From assembly GCF_009914755.1 (NCBI RefSeq), contig NC_060944.1: a DNA stretch of 64,000 nt; one strand, 5' to 3'. The stretch's first letter is position 1. Each line of letters opens with the position of its first letter. The position numbers were made by a program, and so were the translations under genes. The DNA comes from the human T2T-CHM13v2.0 reference genome, Homo sapiens. A model generated the notes under the pieces. It worked only from the letters and a program-made list of their open reading frames with translations. It did not search any database and had not been told where the DNA came from. Below are positions 58,271 to 64,000 of this stretch, in pieces.

Positions 58271-60290
58271 GCAGAGACAAATCAGAATAATTCATGTTGA
58301 ACTCTGTATTCAAAGGAACCATAAACATAGAAACTTATTTTTTCCAGCTGTCAAAAATAGCAAAGTTACTGTTTAAAGAGACTAAAATTCTTCCAGAGAC
58401 TATTTAATACTTTGAAGAACAGTTTAAAGACTATGAAGTAATTTCAGAGATTTTCCAGTGTGATATTGAGCAACTTTCTTCATGGAGTTAATTTTTATTC
58501 ATGACAGTCAAAGGTGAAGTATCTCAGGGCATTCAGCCTGCAGTGTTGAGATGGAATCTACTTGTGGCATTCACGCCTTGTATATTAATGAAATCATTTT
58601 TTATTTCTTTCATCTTGTCATGCATTCCTATAGCTTGATACTCTGAGGAATGTTTGAACCATCTCCAATGTATATCACTTAGCTATTCAAAAATCTAGCA
58701 AAAGTGTTTGGTGGTCAGTTCACATTTCTTTGAAGGGAATGTTAATGTATTTTGATGGCAATATAATTCAAACACAATTGACATTTAAAAGAAAAAGAAT
58801 TGGGCTGAAAATTTAATATATGGTGACTATATCTGCAATATTGTTTATCAGACCAGTCTCATGAAAACAAATCCAAGAATGGGATCTACTGAAAATTTCT
58901 AGGATCAACAAAGGTAATGGATCTGAGCTTAGTATTTTACCACAATGCTCACTTGAAATGGAATTGGACTAGTCAGGCAAAATTCCCCAGCCAAGGTAAA
59001 TTTTGTTTTAGTGACAAATATATTTAGAAAACCTATGTGCAAGCTTTAAGTAAGCCATATATTAATTTTCTTCTCCTTTGCCTTATTGTCATTTTAGGTA
59101 AGTGCAACAGCTCAATGCATCAAAATGGTACTTCCATAGAACACATTACTAAAGAAATCACAACAATGGAGCATGTGGTTGTTCTACCTTCGTATCCTTT
59201 CTGAGAATACCAGCTGCAGAAGCACAGGAAGCAGCAATTACACATGAGTCAAAGGGTGAGCTTTAGAACAACAAAATGACAACAAAACAACAAACTGAGT
59301 TGGAATTCTGGCTCTCCCGCTTACCAGCTCCCGGACCGTGGAAAAATCCCATAAATACTCACTAGTCTCTGTGTCCTCATGTCCATCATGGGGCAGAGAG
59401 AGCACTTGTTTCCTAGAGTTCTCTATTAATAAATGAGATACTGCGTGCAAAGTGCCTAGCAGACAATAAATAAACGGTAGCTCTCATTGTTGTTACTGCC
59501 GATAACTGAAAAGTGCTGAACGACTACAGAGACCCTCTTAGGGTAGAAAGGAATGCAAGTCATTGGTAGGGACAGGAATTGACCAAATTAATGCTTCCTT
59601 CAGAAATCTTTCCTTAAAGAGCAAATCAGTATTAACATTTTAATGCTCAGAGAAGAATTTCATATGGAAGACTTTCGGTTTTCTGTTTTGTAACTACCGT
59701 CACAGACCACCCTCTTTCCACCTCCAATAGTACATTTCAACAGATTTTGTTAGACTTACTAGATTGAATGTAATTAATTTAAAAAACCCTCTGATTTCAT
59801 GGCTGCCTCCTCATTTGGACTTTTAATTTACCCATTATTAAAGCTCACAGTATTTCTCTAAGCCTGAGAACATTATTCCAACAAAGATTTTCTTACAAAT
59901 CTAATGGTCCAAAGAAAGATATGAGGAGGAGTAAATGAAATAAGGTAGGTGAAAATAGTTTGGAGGAGGAAAGCATTTTCAAGTGTAAGGTGTTATTAAT
60001 ATTGACGAAGTATAAAACTGTATCTAGATCTACCACCTTTCTGGTTTCATTTGCCTACCTGCTTTGTGGACACATGAATGCAGTATTCTACCCACTCACT
60101 TTATAAAAATACACCAGCACTTCAAATATTCAATTTCTTGACATACAGCTGAATTAATATGTATAAGAATCTTTTCCTATTTAGGGCATGACAGATGTCT
60201 TAGATATTCCTCGCAATTGTTTAAAATCCTGCAGGAGCCCGCAGGATTTCTGTGAAGTGCTACATCTCTATGTGTTGAATGCACTGTTAG

Positions 60291-60652
<362 letters not shown>

Positions 60653-60668
60653 TCTATTTTTATTTTTA

Positions 60669-61003
<335 letters not shown>

Positions 61004-63457
61004 GGAGGGAAATGCAAAGGATAGAAAGCAGAAAATCAATGATTTGGTGAATCAAAGCATAGGTTTTGCAGCTGAGTTCTCTCTTCCATTAAATCAATTA
61101 TTTAAACAAATCGATATTTTGCTAACAATATCCAAAATTTGTCTGAAACGTTTATTTATTTGGCTCAACATCCCCAACCGCTCAAAAAACCCTTAGCGAT
61201 GGGCCAGATGTTGTCTCTATTTTCAAGCTGTTAGGGCAGGTTTTTTCTTTCCTGCATAAATCCGAAGACTTTGAATCAGTTTGGAAGCTATGAACATGTT
61301 ACTAAAAAGTATTTCCTAAGAATGATTGCTAGAGCCAACTTCCAGAAATCTACCCAATGGGGACATTAACACATGTGCATAGAAGTAAGTGTGTGAGGAT
61401 CTTCATACAGGCTTGCGAAGCAGCTGAAATAACGTGGGTGAGACACTTGGTGTGTGCTCACTGAATATGAGGATAGAGTTAAAACTAAATGTCTGTTTTA
61501 TTCTCCGCCGGGGGAGACTGCACCTGTTTACGCTCACTGTTGTATCCCTTGTGCCTGGAACATAGTGGACACTCAATAATTATTTGTTGAAAAAGTGAAT
61601 GCATGAAATGCAAAAAGTTGAAAACATACCACATGTCCATCCATTGAGCAATGGTTAACCTGAGTATGATAAATCCAGACAATATGATTCAAATAAGTTG
61701 TTCTAAAGAATCAGGCGGTTCTCTATCAGGGATTGCAAACTCAAATACCCACAGGGAAAGGGCCGGTAACATAAATGAGTGAGCTAGACTGGGTGTGGCA
61801 ATAGGGAGTGGTAGGGACTTTAGTAAGCTGGAAAACTCTTCATTTGTTTATTTGAATTAATCACAGTATAAATATAGTGTTGTAATGAAGGCAAAACAGA
61901 AAAAAAGACGATAATTAGAATACCTGGAATTTTAAAGTAAATTCCAACAATCAGGATTTAAATTTTGCAAAGATAATGTTCGTGTTCCCAGGCCTTTTCG
62001 TGGGCAACTGGTAATAAGAACAATGGACAGCATGGAATCCAATTCTAAGAATCCATTGGGGATTGCTGGGGAAAAGTGTGTCCTCACCTACCTTCATCCC
62101 TATCCTATAGCGAATTGATTCCAAAGGACGCTTTTCTTTTCAATTTGTTTCCCTCAGAATTTAGACTTACCCATTTTCTACTGCCAAAAACTTTTCCCAA
62201 ACAGCATCTAACAGATAGCTCTGGGGGATAAATTTAAGTAATATGAGACCTCATTAGAATTTAAGAATTTGTTTTAGATGGATGCTGTGAGTGGTTTAGA
62301 GGTTTTTTTTTTTTTCATGCTTTCTTTGGAGTTTCTTGTACTTTTCCCTGTTTTAAATGAAGGAGCTTCGTGTTGGTTATTTGGAAGAGACCATCATTCT
62401 ATTTACTGTTTTTTTTTTCTGTACCTCTCAATTCCATCCAGAAATGGAAAAGCTGATCACTCTCAATATTATGATGAGCTATTTGGGGATCCCATTTGTA
62501 AGTTAGATGAGTTGCCGGAAACAGGCCAAATGTTCTTTTCTTTCCTGGCATCATGTAAAAATTGGTTTTAAAAAAAATCTCAAGTCTTAATCTCCATTTT
62601 CACTGCCAAATTGCAGATCAAATGGCCAATGAGATAGATGGGGTTTTGGCCATATGGGCCGCCCACAACTGATTCTACACTTTTTACTCCATGAGAATAT
62701 AACAGGAAAAGAAAATGATTCCTGTCAACAATTTCTAACATAATTATTTCTAATATGCCTCAGTTCCCATTGGCAAGGGTTTTGTTTTGTTTTGTTTTGT
62801 GGGCTAGATAGAATTCCTTAACAGGTTGAGCCTGTGAAATTAGAGAGTTGCTTTCTCAAAGGATTAAACTCCAAATACTCCTGAAAATAAAGTCACACTA
62901 TAATGAAATTCTTGTTTTTCATTAAAAGAGAATTAAACTAATGACCTTTTACATGCATTTTTGTTTTTTGTTCTCCAACTGATTTAGGTTTTGTTGCATT
63001 ATATTATTTAAGCTCCTGGCTGTTTAGTCATTTAATGTGCATTGCTTTTTATAAACAGTAAATATATCTATCACATTCTTTCTATTCTACACAAATTAAA
63101 AGCATGGCTAATTCATCAACTAAGTTATATATTTCACTATTGGAATATTATGTTGTCATTTCCTTATTTAATTTATCTATAAGCTAGTTTTGTCCAAATT
63201 TGTGTCACTCACGTCACCTTCAGAATTTTTGCCATATCTTTATATAACTTGGACTATTTGATACATAATCCTTAAAATGCCTGATATTCTTTATGTAAAC
63301 AAATGTAATTCAAAGAAAACCTCATATCATTACCATAATAAGAAAAGCAGTATCATTGACCACCAAGAGAAGGAAACTTTAAAAATAAATAATAGTAAGC
63401 AATAATAGTAACTTCCAGTTAGATGCTGTTGTATGCCAAAATTTGGACGCAACCACA

Positions 63458-64000
63458 ATTAAAAGGCCGAAAAAAAGAAATAGATGTTGGCGTGGAGGTG
63501 GTGAAAACGGAACACTTTTACACTGTAGGTGGGAATGTGAACTAGTACAACCACTATAGAAAACAGTGTGGAGATTCCTTAAAAAACTAAAAGTAGATCC
63601 ACTATTCGATCCAGCAATCCCACTACTGGGTATCTACCCAAAGGAAAATAAGTCATTATCTGAAAAAGACACCTGCACACACAGGTTTATTGCAGCACAA
63701 TTCACAATTGCAAAGATATGGAACCAACCTAAGTGCCCATCAACCAATGAGTGGATAAAGAAAATGTGGCTTATGTACACCATGGAATACTACTCAGCCA
63801 GAAAAAGGAATGAAATAATGTCTTTTGCAGCAACTTGGATAGAGCTGGAGGCCATTATTCTAAGTGAAGTAACTCAGGAATGGAAAACCAAATACTGTAT
63901 GTTCTCACTCATAATTGGGGGCTAAGCTACGAGGATGCAAAAGCATAAAAAATGATATAATGGACTTTGGGGACTCAGGGGAGAAGGTTGGGAGAAGGGT
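63458..64000 (+). mobile_element. L1 (L1PB-like) ORF2 C-terminus and start of 3'UTR, truncated by the window edge
   Basis: ORF 63566..63925 WRFLKKLK..DPAIPLLGIYPKE..FIAAQFTIAKIWNQPKCPS..EWIKKMW is the conserved LINE-1 ORF2p C-terminus. Confidence 0.95.

Noticed and set aside
63566-63925. 119-aa ORF with clear protein homology
   Set aside because: 5'-truncated LINE-1 ORF2 remnant, not a host gene; listed as a mobile element

Overview
Human (primate) genomic DNA with no prokaryotic features. The right third holds the 3' end of BCAS1 (chr20q13.2) on the minus strand. Its last three coding exons are 55001-54936 (66 nt), 51192-50929 (264 nt) and 42490-42416 (75 nt including TAA). All have canonical AG/GT boundaries and are phase 0. 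They are followed by a ~1.4 kb Alu-containing 3'UTR ending near an AATAAA at 41060-41055. Bases 1-41000 are intergenic: about 30 Alus (several nested), MaLR/ERV LTRs, L1/L2 fragments, hAT DNA transposons, simple repeats, and two repeat-poor, motif-rich candidate regulatory blocks (~12.6-13.5 kb and ~37.4-39.1 kb). Nearly all ORFs in the supplied track are Alu, microsatellite or shadow ORFs. I found no convincing new gene system. The best leads are: (i) inverted Alus bracketing the two symmetric BCAS1 exons, whose back-spliced circle would be a stop-free 110-codon ORF; (ii) a 200-codon in-frame, hydrophobic read-through of the 66-nt exon into its intron; (iii) an antisense ERV1 LTR with intact CCAAT/CArG/TATA aimed at the penultimate exon; (iv) a set of templated inversion and duplication scars, several at Alu junctions. 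Repeat subfamily names and boundaries were assigned by eye from remembered consensus sequences and are approximate.
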